A DNA stretch of 64,000 nt from Tubulanus polymorphus (lineage: Eukaryota > Animalia > Nemertea): positions 13,627,807 to 13,691,806 of the forward strand of contig NC_134031.1 in NCBI RefSeq assembly GCF_964204645.1, read 5' to 3'. How positions within the stretch are numbered: position 1 is the first letter of the stretch; every line of letters starts with the position of its first letter. Both the position numbers and the translations under genes were made by a program. Under the pieces are notes generated by a model. The model searched no databases, was not told the DNA's origin, and saw only the letters and a program-made list of their open reading frames with translations. This document shows, piece by piece, positions 1 to 10,799 of this stretch.

Positions 1-829
1 GATCTTCCATAGAAAATATATTAAATATTTCATCTAGATATTTTAATTTTGGTTCTATGAGAAAATCTCTAGTTTTTTCATCACCCCATAAATTCTTTTG
101 CCATCCACATACATTACAAAATATCACAGAACCTTCTTGTCTTAAGTACTCATAAAAACATTTTGGGTATTTTTGTCTATCATAGCTTGGTAATAGATCT
201 TCATTAAACTCTTGGTATTTTCTTACGTTTTCTTTATGTTTTATTGTTCTATTATGTAAATTTGAATTACTTGTTGTAATAATCAATTTACAATATTTAC
301 AATAATATGTTTTTCTTGTTAATTCATTATATTGTTTTTCTAACTTTTCAACTGTTTCTTCATTATCTGGCAACGTTTTCTCACATTTTATTTTTTCTAA
401 TATTTTATTTTTTCTTTCATTGAATTCAGTTTCAAATTTATTAGAAATTTTATCTATATGTATTTTACGAAATTGATCATTTTCCCAAGCTTCTTTGTTT
501 TCAGGAATATATTTCATTCGACAAGGCTCGCAGAAATGATCTTTCATATTATCCTTGTCATAGAATAAGAAAAGTCTTTTCCAAATAATTTCAGATTCAA
601 CTTCAGCAGAATTACTATTACTTTCATTACTATCAACATTAGCCGTTGCGCCATTAATTTTACACTTCTCTGAATGTTTTTTAACATAATTTCTTGAGAA
701 TAATTTATTACATTTTGGGCAGTTTATTTTAGGGGGTTTATAATTTTCATCATGTTTTTTCATATGTCGAGCCATATTACTTTTTCTGATAAGTTCACCA
801 CAAATTTCACATCCTATCTTCTCATCCAT
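1..829 (-). CDS. Multi-zinc-finger protein of the viral element (>=276 aa, runs off window start; absent from the ORF track)
   Basis: Manual translation from ATG at 829, open to the window edge: MDEKIGCEICGELIRKSNMARHMKKH, CPKCNKLFSRNYVKKHSEKC, CEPC, YYCKYCKLIITTSNSNLHNRTIKH, CNVCG. Preceded by TAAATG. Confidence 0.8.
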   Translation of the reverse strand, partial: MDEKIGCEICGELIRKSNMARHMKKHDENYKPPKINCPKCNKLFSRNYVKKHSEKCKINGATANVDSNESNSNSAEVESEIIWKRLFLFYDKDNMKDHFCEPCRMKYIPENKEAWENDQFRKIHIDKISNKFETEFNERKNKILEKIKCEKTLPDNEETVEKLEKQYNELTRKTYYCKYCKLIITTSNSNLHNRTIKHKENVRKYQEFNEDLLPSYDRQKYPKCFYEYLRQEGSVIFCNVCGWQKNLWGDEKTRDFLIEPKLKYLDEIFNIFSMED

Positions 830-897
830 TTATTAAGGAAAAATTTTATTAAAATTAATTTATAGTGATGAGCGGTAATTCTTTTATGTTATAAATA

Positions 898-1662
898 ATG
901 GTAGAATTAAAAGAATATAGAATATTTGTTGATTCTAGAAAACTTACAAATTATAAATCACATTATTTACTAATACAATTAGATAGAGAATTTAGAAATT
1001 GTGTAGATCTGAAATTAGTAAATATAAGTTTATGTAATTCTTTTCAAAATATATCGAATAAAAGTCTTGAACATAAAGTCTTTTTAGTTCATGATAGTAA
1101 TAAAAGTAAATGGTTTCATCTTTATATCAAACCAGGGTTATATAGTTTAGATATATTAGCGCAAGAAATTAAAAAAAAGGTCGAGTTAAATTAGGAAGTG
1201 ATACCGGATTTAACATTAGATTTTCAAAAAGTGATAGTTCTAATGAAATTAAGATAAAGTTAGATGATGATAACAAATACGCATTTTTAGTAAGAAAACC
1301 TTTAGCTAAACTGTTAGGAATAAGCCCGCATACTATTACAAGAAACATAGAAGGTAATTCAAATATAATACCTTTTACACACTTTTATATTTATTGCAAT
1401 TTAATTGATCCTACAAAAACATTTGAAGCAATAAAGTATAAGCAATTCTAGTATATTAAATATTTTACCATTAAAAAATGTTAAACAATTTGGAACACAA
1501 ATAAATTATAATTTAACAGAATGTGATTTTAAACCTTGTATTTCAAGTTTTAACAATTTTAAGTTAGAAATAAGAAATCACAATGGTTACTTAATTGATT
1601 TGAATAACTTTACTGTAATTTATGAATTAGTTATAAGATGTAAAGAGTTTTTTGTTATATAA
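898..1662 (+). pseudogene. Putative minor capsid (penton, single jelly-roll) protein, frameshifted, copy 1
   Basis: IFVDSR N-terminus, KPGLYS, FYIYCNLID and C-terminal FKLEIRNHNGYLIDLNNFTVIYELVI resemble PLV/Maverick penton motifs. Frameshifts near 1180 and 1440. Confidence 0.6.
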
Positions 1663-2016
1663 ATGAATATGACAGTAGGGCCGAGTATATGTTTTGGGTT
1701 TGATTTTAAACGTGAGAAAGAAATTAAATTTGATATTACTGATGTAATTACACATATTAAAAATATTGCATTTTGTAACGAAACAACATTTGAGTATGAA
1801 AAAACAATAGATAAAGAAACTTTTAATGTAGAAAAGATTACTAATTTAATTAGAGAATCTTTAAGATTTTATGAATTAGATGAAGATTTTATCATCGATG
1901 ATATTAAAAAAATAATAATTGAAATATATACAAATGAAACTAGTAATGAAATAAATGTTGAAATAATCATAACTAAGATAACTAAATATTTTGAAGATAG
2001 TAATTTTTTTGATTAA
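1663..2016 (+). CDS. Viral hypothetical protein (117 aa), copy 1
   Basis: Intact ORF with TAAATG start; near-identical paralog starts at 14035 (-). Confidence 0.7.
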   Translation: MNMTVGPSICFGFDFKREKEIKFDITDVITHIKNIAFCNETTFEYEKTIDKETFNVEKITNLIRESLRFYELDEDFIIDDIKKIIIEIYTNETSNEINVEIIITKITKYFEDSNFFD

Positions 2017-2019
2017 TAA

Positions 2020-2241
2020 ATGAGTGATAATAAGTGGATAATAACTGGATTATATAATGGAGCCTAACTATCAGTTGGAACTGTTGGTTATTCAATGGTA
2101 TTAAAAAAAGTATTTAAAATGGGAAGTGTTAATGTTGATAGATTTGATATAAATGATATCTTAAAATTAACATTAGCAGTAACTTTATCTAATTTAACTA
2201 TTGATTATTTGGAAAAACAAAAATATATTCCTCCCATATAA
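2020..2241 (+). pseudogene. Small hydrophobic viral protein (73 aa), copy 1, nonsense at 2065-2067
   Basis: TAAATG start at 2020. MSDNKWIITGLYNGA*LSVGTVGY... is collinear with the intact copy at 10532-10753 (-). Confidence 0.75.
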
Positions 2242-2265
2242 ATACATAATTTTTTTGCTAAATGA

Positions 2266-2704
2266 ATGGCTTCTGCAATTATAACTATCATAGGATCGGC
2301 AATTGTAAACGCTTTAGCATTTACTGGTGGTGGTTATTTATTTAGGCATTTAGATAAAAATAGTTCATTAGAAGAACAAAAAAGACATAACTTAGCATTA
2401 GAGAAATACAATAAAGCAGCAGAAGAATACAGAGAAAAGAGGCAAAACTATATGGATTACATCAATAAAGAATTATATGATCAGAAGATTTCACATAGAG
2501 ATTTTCAATCAGTTGATGATGCAATGAGTTTATATAACGCGGTAACCAATAAAGAAAAAATTACATCTATACAAACCTAAATTATTAGATTATTATACCC
2601 CAAGAAAAGAACAACAGAAATATGAAATAATTTGGATTTTAGGCGGAACAGTTATTGTTATATTTGTTGCATATAGATTTACTAAAAGTAATTTTTTTTG
2701 TTAA
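2266..2704 (+). pseudogene. Viral membrane/coiled-coil protein (MASAII...ALAFTGG), copy 1, frameshifted in an A-run near 2555; end approximate
   Basis: Hydrophobic N-terminus, helical middle, and hydrophobic C-terminus (IIWILGGTVIVIFVA) in the shifted frame. Paralog at 10125-10509 (-). Confidence 0.7.
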
Positions 2705-2708
2705 ATAA

Positions 2709-3146
2709 ATGGATGATAAAGTTGATAATATTGATATTATTCCTCATGATATAAATAAAACTGAATTAGAAATATATTTAGAAAAACAAATATTAGAATT
2801 TGAAAGTGACTTAAAGATAAAAAAGAAAAAATATTTAAAAAAAAGTAAAATTATATATTATCTTATTATTAGTGGTTCAGTTACAATTAGTTCTGTAATA
2901 ACATTTCTAGCAATATTCAGTCCATTAACACCTTTAGCTATATCAATTGGTGTGCTAGGTTTAAGTTCAAGTGTTTTAACCGGTATAAGTTCAAAATTAA
3001 ATACAAAAAGTAATAAAGAAAAAATTAAAACTAACATTAAAGAAATAAATAAATTGAAGAATACACTAGATTATATAATAAGTTTAAATGGCCATATAAC
3101 AGTTGAAGAACAAGATAAATTATTAAAAGAATTAATGAATTATTAA
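2709..3146 (+). CDS. Viral two-TM-helix protein (145 aa)
   Basis: Intact ORF with a hydrophobic hairpin IIYYLIISGSVTISSVITFLAIFSPLTPLAISIGVLGLSSSVLTGI between basic helices; TAAATAAATG start. Confidence 0.7.
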   Translation: MDDKVDNIDIIPHDINKTELEIYLEKQILEFESDLKIKKKKYLKKSKIIYYLIISGSVTISSVITFLAIFSPLTPLAISIGVLGLSSSVLTGISSKLNTKSNKEKIKTNIKEINKLKNTLDYIISLNGHITVEEQDKLLKELMNY

Positions 3147-3162
3147 TTTTTTAATTACATAA

Positions 3163-4482
3163 ATGGGGTTTCCAAAATCTTTTCAATATAATAAATCACA
3201 TGAATATTATAAATATAATACGCCAGCAATAGATTTTAGTAACATGATAATATATAAAAATTTAGTTTTGCCTTCATTGATTAATTTAGAAATTTATGTT
3301 ACTGAAACAAACTATTTTATTTCTAAAATGGAAAATATATTTAATACATATGAAGTTACTTTTACTCGAGATGAATATAATATATATAAAGTAAAATCTA
3401 ATATGAAATATTGGCAGAATCAATTAAATTTTGCTGTTCATTGTGCAACAGCTGGTTGTGGTGTAAGTTGGCATGAACACTTGAATAACTTAGATAAAAA
3501 TTTGAAATATTCTGATTTAAAATTCATTCATACAATATTTAGATTTCATGCATACTTTCAAATTAGAATTATGTTAAATGAATTAGAATGCCCTTTACCT
3601 GGATCGAAATATTTTAAAGAATTGGATAATAATATTAATCTATCTAAGTTTTATAAAATATGTAATGAATTTAATATAAATATTAATTTCGATTTTAGAG
3701 CGCATGGTAGATTACATGGCGTTGGTGAAGAGTATGAAATAAAAAGAATTGATTATATGCATAGAATTTCAGCTTATCATAATTATAAAATTATAAAATT
3801 GATAATAATAATGGTTGGGTTTATTTTATTGAATCTTATAGCGAAGGATTTACAAAACCTGGTATACAAAGAATAAATCAATCAATTAGAACTTATTTTA
3901 TTTGTATTTTAGGTGCGCAAGTTGAAACAAGATCACCAATAGTTGGAAATAATAGTACTTCATTTGATGCGCAGAAACAATTCAAAGTATTATTTGAAGA
4001 TTCCATTCATAATGATAAAAATAGATCGATTCCAGAAAACATTGTATGATATCAAAATTATTTAGATAAATCACATATTAGATTAAATTATTGTATAGGC
4101 CCTAATCTATTAATTATTTCTAATGATTTAGTATTAAAGATGGGAAATATAATTGGTTATAATAATCTAATGAAAACTGCAACAATAAATAATTCAATTG
4201 GATTAAATGATATAAATAAAAAGATTATTACTGCTCCAAAATTAATGGAAGGTGAAAAAAAATAAAAAACATATTCAATCAACTGAAACTAAAACTAAAA
4301 ATATTAAATTGGATAATGATTCCTAAATAAAAGATTACAATACTACAGAAAATATTAAAACTGATAATATTCCACATGAAATAATTAAACTAAATGATGA
4401 TAATAAATCCCATGAAAATGCTAAATTAGCTTTAACTTGTATAGGAATTGTTATAGGAGGAATATTATATTTTAAATTTTAA
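3163..4482 (+). pseudogene. Conserved PLV hypothetical protein with C-terminal TM anchor, frameshifted
   Basis: WQNQLNFAVHCATAGCGVS and FRFHAYFQIR, continuing after a frameshift as GIQRINQSIRTYFICILGAQVETRSPIVG...DAQKQF, ending HENAKLALTCIGIVIGGILYFKF*. Recalled as a family typical of marine-invertebrate PLVs. Confidence 0.65.
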
Positions 4483-4498
4483 TTTTTTTATTATGTAA

Positions 4499-6244
4499 AT
4501 GGATGTAGAAGGTGAAGAAGATATTCCAATGGATACTTTTGGTGACGCCCCCGGTATAAGTGATGAACCACAACCTGATTTTAATGAATCTAATATTGAT
4601 AATGATGATGGATCAGCATATAATACTAATTTAGGTGAAGATGATTCTAGTGGGTCTATATTATATGATTATGATAAATTTAAAGATGATACTGAAAAAA
4701 GTGAAAAATTAATAGATTATTTGAGAACCCGCGTTGAGATAATAATTAAAACTATACCAGAAAGAAAAGAATTATTTAAAGAATTAGAAAGAATAGAAAA
4801 CCCTGAATTGAAAAAAGAATTATTATACATAAAACATATCGTAACAAATACAGTTATTGAAGGATTATTACCAAAAAATATAACAGATAACATTGAACCA
4901 GAATATATTTACGAACAAATTTTAAAAGATGATCCATTTTTCATGAATAATTTAGAATTTAAAAATGATTCATGGTTTTATAAAGTTGAATTAAATAACG
5001 AAACAGTATCAATTCAATTATCTAAAATGTGACAAGAAAATCTGTACCGTCCAGAAATGCGAGCAAGATCTACAATTGAACGTTCAAAAGGTGGTAGAGA
5101 ATTTCTCAGAATTATATGGAATGCAATCGATAGAATAAATGAAGAACCAATTCCTAATATTGATATAAACAAATATTCACCATTTAAAAATCCAAATCCA
5201 AATCCTACTGATTTTGATCCAGAAATGGAAGAGTATGCAGGTCGATTAGATAAATTAAGATCTTCAACACCCGGAACATCGAGAAGAGATATTCAACAAA
5301 TTGATAATGGCTCAAGTAAATTACAATTAGTAATAGAAAAACAAATTGATAGCATGTTAGATACAGTTCAATCATTTGAAGAAGAGATGAATAGTGCTTT
5401 AGATACACCCGGTGCTGAAACTGGAATAAATCAAATGCAATCTTTACTAGAAAAAGGATTATTTGATTTAACTGATGAAGATTTAGAAACATTTCCTGAA
5501 CAAGCGCGTAGAGAAATTAAAGGCGTACAAATATCAGCTAATAAAATTGCGCATGATAAAAGTATAAGAGATCAAAAAATTATGTATTTGGAAAAAGAAT
5601 TAACTAATGCAAATGAAGAAATAGAACAATTAAAGTCTGATTTAGATCATCAAGTAATTGATGAAATAGAATATAGGCAAAAAGAATTACGTTTAGAAAA
5701 AGAAATTGATAATTTAAAAGATAATTTAGAAGTACAGAAAGGTGAAAGAAATATATTATTAAAAGAATTTGGTAATAATTTTAAAAGATTAAAAGATGTT
5801 TTTAAAGATTTGTTGATAAAACCAGATTCTAAAATATCATTAAAAGATAGAATAAAATTATTATTCAAATTAGAAGGTATAAAAATTATTTCAATTCTAA
5901 CAGCTGTAACTATGTTATTTACAACAATTGGTTTAGCTATATCAAATTCACTGAAATCTACTCCTACTCCCAATAAACCGGATAAACCTCCAGATAATAA
6001 TTCTATACAAGATAAAGTTAAGGATGGTTTAAAAAAATTAGCAAAATATTTATGGGAACTATCTAAAAAATCTGCTGCAGCATTACCAGGAATTATTGCA
6101 TCAATTGTTGGTTTTATATTGAAATCTGCAGGAAATATTATTAACTTTGCTGCTGAACATATTATTTTATTTTTAATTACAGTTGTAAGTGCTATTATTT
6201 TTGGATTAGTGAATATGATATCAAAAAATGTCAAGAAAGAATAA
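4499..6244 (+). pseudogene. Large acidic/coiled-coil protein with C-terminal hydrophobic helices; one gene split by an in-frame TGA at 5030-5032
   Basis: ORFs 4499..5032 and 5057..6244 are in the same frame (offset 558 nt) with only one stop between them. Only 4499 has a TAAATG start. Confidence 0.75.
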
Positions 6245-6294
6245 TAAAAAATAAACATAATCAAAAATAAATAATTAATTTTTTTGTTAAATAA

Positions 6295-7575
6295 ATGAGT
6301 GGGAGTTATATCAATCCTTCTAAGAATCATAGAATATCTAATGCTATTAAAGCAGAAAGATCACATCATATAATTACTCATAATCCTTCTAATATTAATC
6401 CTGATGAAACTTTATATGTTAGAATCCCCAGATTAACACAAAATACTTTTTATGTTCCAAATAGTATTTATTTATCAGCCGATATAAAAGTAAGCGGTAA
6501 TAATAATAATTATGTTGTTGATAATGTTGGAAGATATTTGATTAAAAAATTAACTATAAAGATCGGCCCAGAAAAAGTTTTCTCATTAGATGATTATAAT
6601 TTATTTATACATTATAAAGATTTATGGTTAACTAAAGAAAATAGAAATAATATGATATTTCAAGGCATTCAATCGGAAAACCAAAATAAATTAAGATCAG
6701 GAGCTAATGACGCAATAGTAACTAATGCTACAGATAATTTGATAAAAAAGATTTATGGAAGCAAATATAAAATTCCATTTGACTTTGAATTGATAAATAA
6801 TCATGCGCCTTTATATAAATACGCAATTCAAGAAGATGTTATATTTGAGATAACATTTGCTCCTGTAAATGAAATTGTATTATCCAGCGTTAATAAAGAT
6901 ATGGGATATAAATTATCGAATATATGTTTAGAATATGACACAGTAACTGATGAAAATATTGCTAACACAATTCAAACTCAATACAATCAAGGATTTTCAT
7001 TATTATATGATTATATTGATAAATTTAAAACTGTAACTATTAATGCAAATGATGAAATAATTAATGAGAATATTAACTTCCCAAGAAGATCTATTAAAGG
7101 TATATTAATATTTTTTACCATTGCAACATATTCTAATGGCGCAATAAAGGTAGATAATTACTATAATCCTGAAATAACAAAAGTAGAAATAACTATCGAA
7201 GGAATAGCAAATAAAATATTTTGTCAAGGAATGAGAATGATTGATCAATGGCCAGAAATTAGAAAACATTTTATGAATGAAAAAGTAAAATCATCTGAAA
7301 ATTGTAATATTAATCAAATTGATTATTATACCGGTAATAAATATGCATTATGGTTAGATTTTAGAACAACAGAGGATAATTCATTACATGGTTCTGGGGA
7401 AAAAAAACTACAGAACACTAAAGACGGAATACAATTATTCATGAAAAAGAAAAAAGGAAGCTTAAATTTTAAAATGCACATTTATATTATATCTGACGCA
7501 CAATTAAATATTGTAAATTCACAATTAGATAGTATTCAATATTGGAAATATAAAGTTAAAATTAACGATATATAA
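6295..7575 (+). CDS. Putative major capsid protein (double jelly-roll) of a Polinton-like virus, 426 aa, intact
   Basis: Capsid-typical length, beta-rich alternating patterns (LYVRIP, VIFEITF, YKLSNICLEYD, ITKVEITIEG, YALWLDFR, MHIYIISDA) and position next to a Maverick-type integrase. Fold is inferred, not verified. Confidence 0.7.
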   Translation: MSGSYINPSKNHRISNAIKAERSHHIITHNPSNINPDETLYVRIPRLTQNTFYVPNSIYLSADIKVSGNNNNYVVDNVGRYLIKKLTIKIGPEKVFSLDDYNLFIHYKDLWLTKENRNNMIFQGIQSENQNKLRSGANDAIVTNATDNLIKKIYGSKYKIPFDFELINNHAPLYKYAIQEDVIFEITFAPVNEIVLSSVNKDMGYKLSNICLEYDTVTDENIANTIQTQYNQGFSLLYDYIDKFKTVTINANDEIINENINFPRRSIKGILIFFTIATYSNGAIKVDNYYNPEITKVEITIEGIANKIFCQGMRMIDQWPEIRKHFMNEKVKSSENCNINQIDYYTGNKYALWLDFRTTEDNSLHGSGEKKLQNTKDGIQLFMKKKKGSLNFKMHIYIISDAQLNIVNSQLDSIQYWKYKVKINDI

Positions 7576-8586
7576 ATGGGTGGTAAAAAAACTCCTAATA
7601 CTAAAGAACAATATTTAAGAAATTTATATTACAACCCTGAGAGTTCGGTTGCTTATTCTTCTACCAAAAATATATGGCGTCAAGTAAAACAAGATAAATT
7701 AGATAAGATAATCCCACAAAATTTAGTTAAATATAAAGATATAAATGAATTTATGTTAGAACAACCAACATATACAACACATAAAAAAATTGTTAGAAAA
7801 TATAAAACTCGTAAAACTATGGTAAGTTATGTAGATCAACAGTGGCAAGGAGATTTAATTGATATGAAAATGTTAAGAAAGATAATGATGATTATTGGTG
7901 GATATTGAATATAATTGATATTTTAGAGTTTCCCACTTTATAGAAAAGATGCTGTACAAACATCAAATGTTTTAAGAAAATTTCTTTCGGATGATAAACT
8001 AAAACCAGAAAAAATACAATTTGATGATGGAAAAGAATTTGATAATTCACTTGGTCATGAACTCTTAGATAATCATGATATTAAATATTTTTCAACAAAA
8101 TCGGATAAAAAAGCAGCAGTTGTTGAACGATTTAATAGAACATTAAGAACAAGAATGTGGAAATATTTTACAGCAAATAATACTTTTAAATGGATTGATG
8201 TTTTACCATAATTGATAGAAGGATATAATAATTCTTATCATTCTTCTATTGGAATGAAACCTATTGATGCTAGAAAACCTGAAAATGCTGAAATTGTTTG
8301 GAATAATTTATATGGGGCATTTCTTGTAGATGATTTTGGTGAACCTAAATTTAAAGTTGGTCAAAATGTAAGAATTTCTAAGTATAAAAAGATATTTGAT
8401 AAAGGATACGATCGTAATTCTACTAGAGAAATATATCAAATAAAGAGAGTAATAACAAAAAAACCATATGTCTATAAATTAGAAGATTTAGATGGTGAAG
8501 AAGTTTATGGCTACTTTTACGAAGAAGAATTAAGTTTAACTACTGAAAACCTAGAACAAGAATATAAAATTGAAAAAGTATATTAA
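7576..8586 (+). pseudogene. Maverick/Polinton-type retroviral-like (rve) integrase, frameshifted and C-terminally truncated
   Basis: LYYNP, WQGDLIDM (D), IQFDDGKEF (D), AAVVERFNRTLRTRMWKYFT (E), YNNSYHSSIGMKP, KFKVGQNVRISK, GYFYEEEL, YKIEKV (start of a lost chromodomain). Frameshifts ~7870-7930 and a stop near 8210. Confidence 0.93.
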
Positions 8587-8591
8587 ATATA

Positions 8592-9074
8592 AAGAATAAT
8601 AATTATGAATATTATCTTTATTGTAAACATCAATTAGAAATATTAATAGCATCTGGGAAATGTAAAAGTTTTATTAGTAAAAATTTAACTTATAATGAAT
8701 TAGATACAATGAAATCAGATGAAATTATCAAATTATTTAAGATTTATGAAACTGCGAAAATAGCTAGAATTAATGACGCGATATTAGAAAATGTAGTAAA
8801 AGGTTATAGTAAATTATGTAATTATAAGCTGCCAATTCAAGATGAAAAAAGATTATATTCCGATTTAAAAAATGATTATTTAGTTATGACTGAATTAAAT
8901 AAGTGGATTGGATATTTTTCATTTCAATTAGGTGGATTTATGACATTATTATCAACTGGAGTTATAACATTTTCAAATATTGAAAGTAAAAATGTTTCTA
9001 TAATAAATGAGCGAAGTGGAAGAAGTGAAGGAATTAACTGTGAAGAAAAAACCGAGAACTCAGAAACAAATTGA
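8592..9074 (+). pseudogene. Viral hypothetical protein, 5'-truncated (joined to the integrase end by a deletion)
   Basis: Frame is open upstream of ATG 8709 (YCKHQLEILIASGKCKSFISKNLTYNELDT); hydrophobic C-terminal segment; no TAAATG start retained. Confidence 0.55.
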
Positions 9075-9389
9075 ATGGTCTCGGCAATGAGAATTAAATC
9101 ACAAGAATATAAAAAAGCTGTAAAAGAAAAAATAAATAATAAAAATGGTGAAAATATTGTTATTTCTACTCCTTCTAATAATAGAACATTTGATAAATGT
9201 CTATATTTTACAGTTGGATTTGTAATTGTATTCATTTTGATTGGGTGTAATTGGTATAAGAAATCAAATAAAATTCATGATATTAATAATTCTGAAACAA
9301 CTGCTATCATAAATGAAAATACTTCTGAAATTCCAAAATTGACAATAAAAAAATGGACTAATATTTTAGAAAAAAAGCAAAAAAAATAA
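9007..9389 (+). pseudogene. Viral basic protein with central TM helix, frameshifted near 9088
   Basis: TAAATG at 9004-9009 gives MSEVEEVKELTVKKKPRTQKQIEWSRQ, which continues after a frameshift into ORF 9075..9389 (IKSQEYKK...CLYFTVGFVIVFILIGCNWYKK). Confidence 0.6.
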
Positions 9390-9512
9390 TTTTTTTTAAA
9401 TTAATTGAATATCTCACTACTTTTGTCTATCTATGCGGAGCAATTAAATTGTCCAGATAAGTCATTTCGGATTCTAGATATTCATTATTTTAATTTATTT
9501 ATTTTTTTAAAT

Positions 9513-9839
9513 TTAATCAACAATTTCTAAATCATGATGACCATCTTCATTTTTTCCATGATATATTATTTTAAATCCTTCTAAATCTTTTAATTCCTCT
9601 GTACTCAATGAAACCCATTTATCAGGTAAAAATACTTTAAATTCTCGTGATGTACTAACGTTGCAGTAGCCTAAATTCGCTGATACTTTCTCTCCATATT
9701 TAGTTTTTATCTTTTCTAATTTCAATATTTTTTGTTCAATTTCTTTTGTAACATCCACTAACTTTTTTATTTCAAATTGTTTTTTTACTGGTTTAATTCT
9801 GTTATTTATTGTTACTAAGAATGCTTTTCTATCTCCCAT
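9513..9839 (-). CDS. Small viral protein, possible OB-fold ssDNA-binding protein (108 aa)
   Basis: Intact, TAAATG start. KKL, TKYGEK, VFLP and GKNEDGHH are shared with the paralog at 14837-15178. Confidence 0.6.
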   Translation of the reverse strand: MGDRKAFLVTINNRIKPVKKQFEIKKLVDVTKEIEQKILKLEKIKTKYGEKVSANLGYCNVSTSREFKVFLPDKWVSLSTEELKDLEGFKIIYHGKNEDGHHDLEIVD

Positions 9840-9959
9840 TTATAAGGAAAAAAAATTAATTGTGGTGATGAGTGGTGTGTCGACCGCACGACCTCTGATC
9901 TGAAAACGCCATTACCTAATTACTACCACCTACAATAAAATAATAGATAATTTTACTTT

Positions 9960-10090
9960 TTAAATATTTTTTTCTTTTTTATCTTTAAGTCATTTTCAAA
10001 TTCTAATATTTGTTTTTCCAAATATAATTTTAATTTAGTTTCATTTATATCATGACACCATCAACTAACACCATCAACTTTATCATCCAT
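9960..10090 (-). pseudogene. 5' fragment of the 145-aa two-TM gene, copy 2
   Basis: Reverse complement reads MDDKVD... and later matches 2745-2835; truncated; TAAATAAATG start. Confidence 0.7.
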
Positions 10091-10124
10091 TTATTTAGCA
10101 AAGAAATTACTAATTAGTAAATTT

Positions 10125-10509
10125 TTATGCTACAAATATAACAATAACAGTTCCACCTAAAATCCATATTATTTCATATTTCTGTTGTTCTTTACTTGGG
10201 GTATAATAATCTGATAATTTAGGTTTGTATAGATGTAATTTTTCTTTATTGGTTACCGCGTTATATAAACTCATTGCATCATCAACTGATTGAAAATCTC
10301 TATGCAAAATCTTCTGATCATATAATTCTTTGTTAATATAATCCATGTAATTTTGTCTCTTTTCTCTATATTCTTCTGCTGCTTTATTGTATTTCTCTAA
10401 TAATAATGACCCATTTTTATCAATATGCTTAAATGAATAAACCACCACCAGTAAATGCTAAAGCGTTTACAATTGCCGATCCTATAATAGTTACAATTGC
10501 CGATGCCAT
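10125..10509 (-). pseudogene. MASAI... membrane/coiled-coil gene, copy 2, frameshift plus small internal deletion
   Basis: ATG at 10509 (TAAATAAATG); near-identical to 2266-2690. Confidence 0.75.
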
Positions 10510-10531
10510 TTATTTAGCAAAAAATATGCAT

Positions 10532-10753
10532 TTATATAGGAGGAATATATTTTTGTTTTTCCAAATAATCAATAGTTAAATTGGATAAAGTAACTGCTAA
10601 CGTTAATTTTAAAATACCATTTATATCAAATCTATCAACATTAACACTTCCCATTTTAAATACTTTTTTTAATACCATTGAATAACCAACAGTTCCAACT
10701 GATAATAATGCTCCATTATATAATCCAGTTATTATCCACTTCTGATCCGCCAT
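10532..10753 (-). CDS. Small hydrophobic viral protein (73 aa), intact copy 2
   Basis: Intact ORF, two hydrophobic helices, TAAATAAATG start. Confidence 0.75.
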   Translation of the reverse strand: MADQKWIITGLYNGALLSVGTVGYSMVLKKVFKMGSVNVDRFDINGILKLTLAVTLSNLTIDYLEKQKYIPPI

Positions 10754-10799
10754 TTATTTAGAAAAAAAAATTACTATCTTCAAAATATTCAGTTATCTT

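Noticed and set aside
5205-6330. Minus-strand ORFs 5205..5492 and 5650..6330
   Set aside because: Shadows of the + strand viral gene; no TAAATG start or recognisable motifs.
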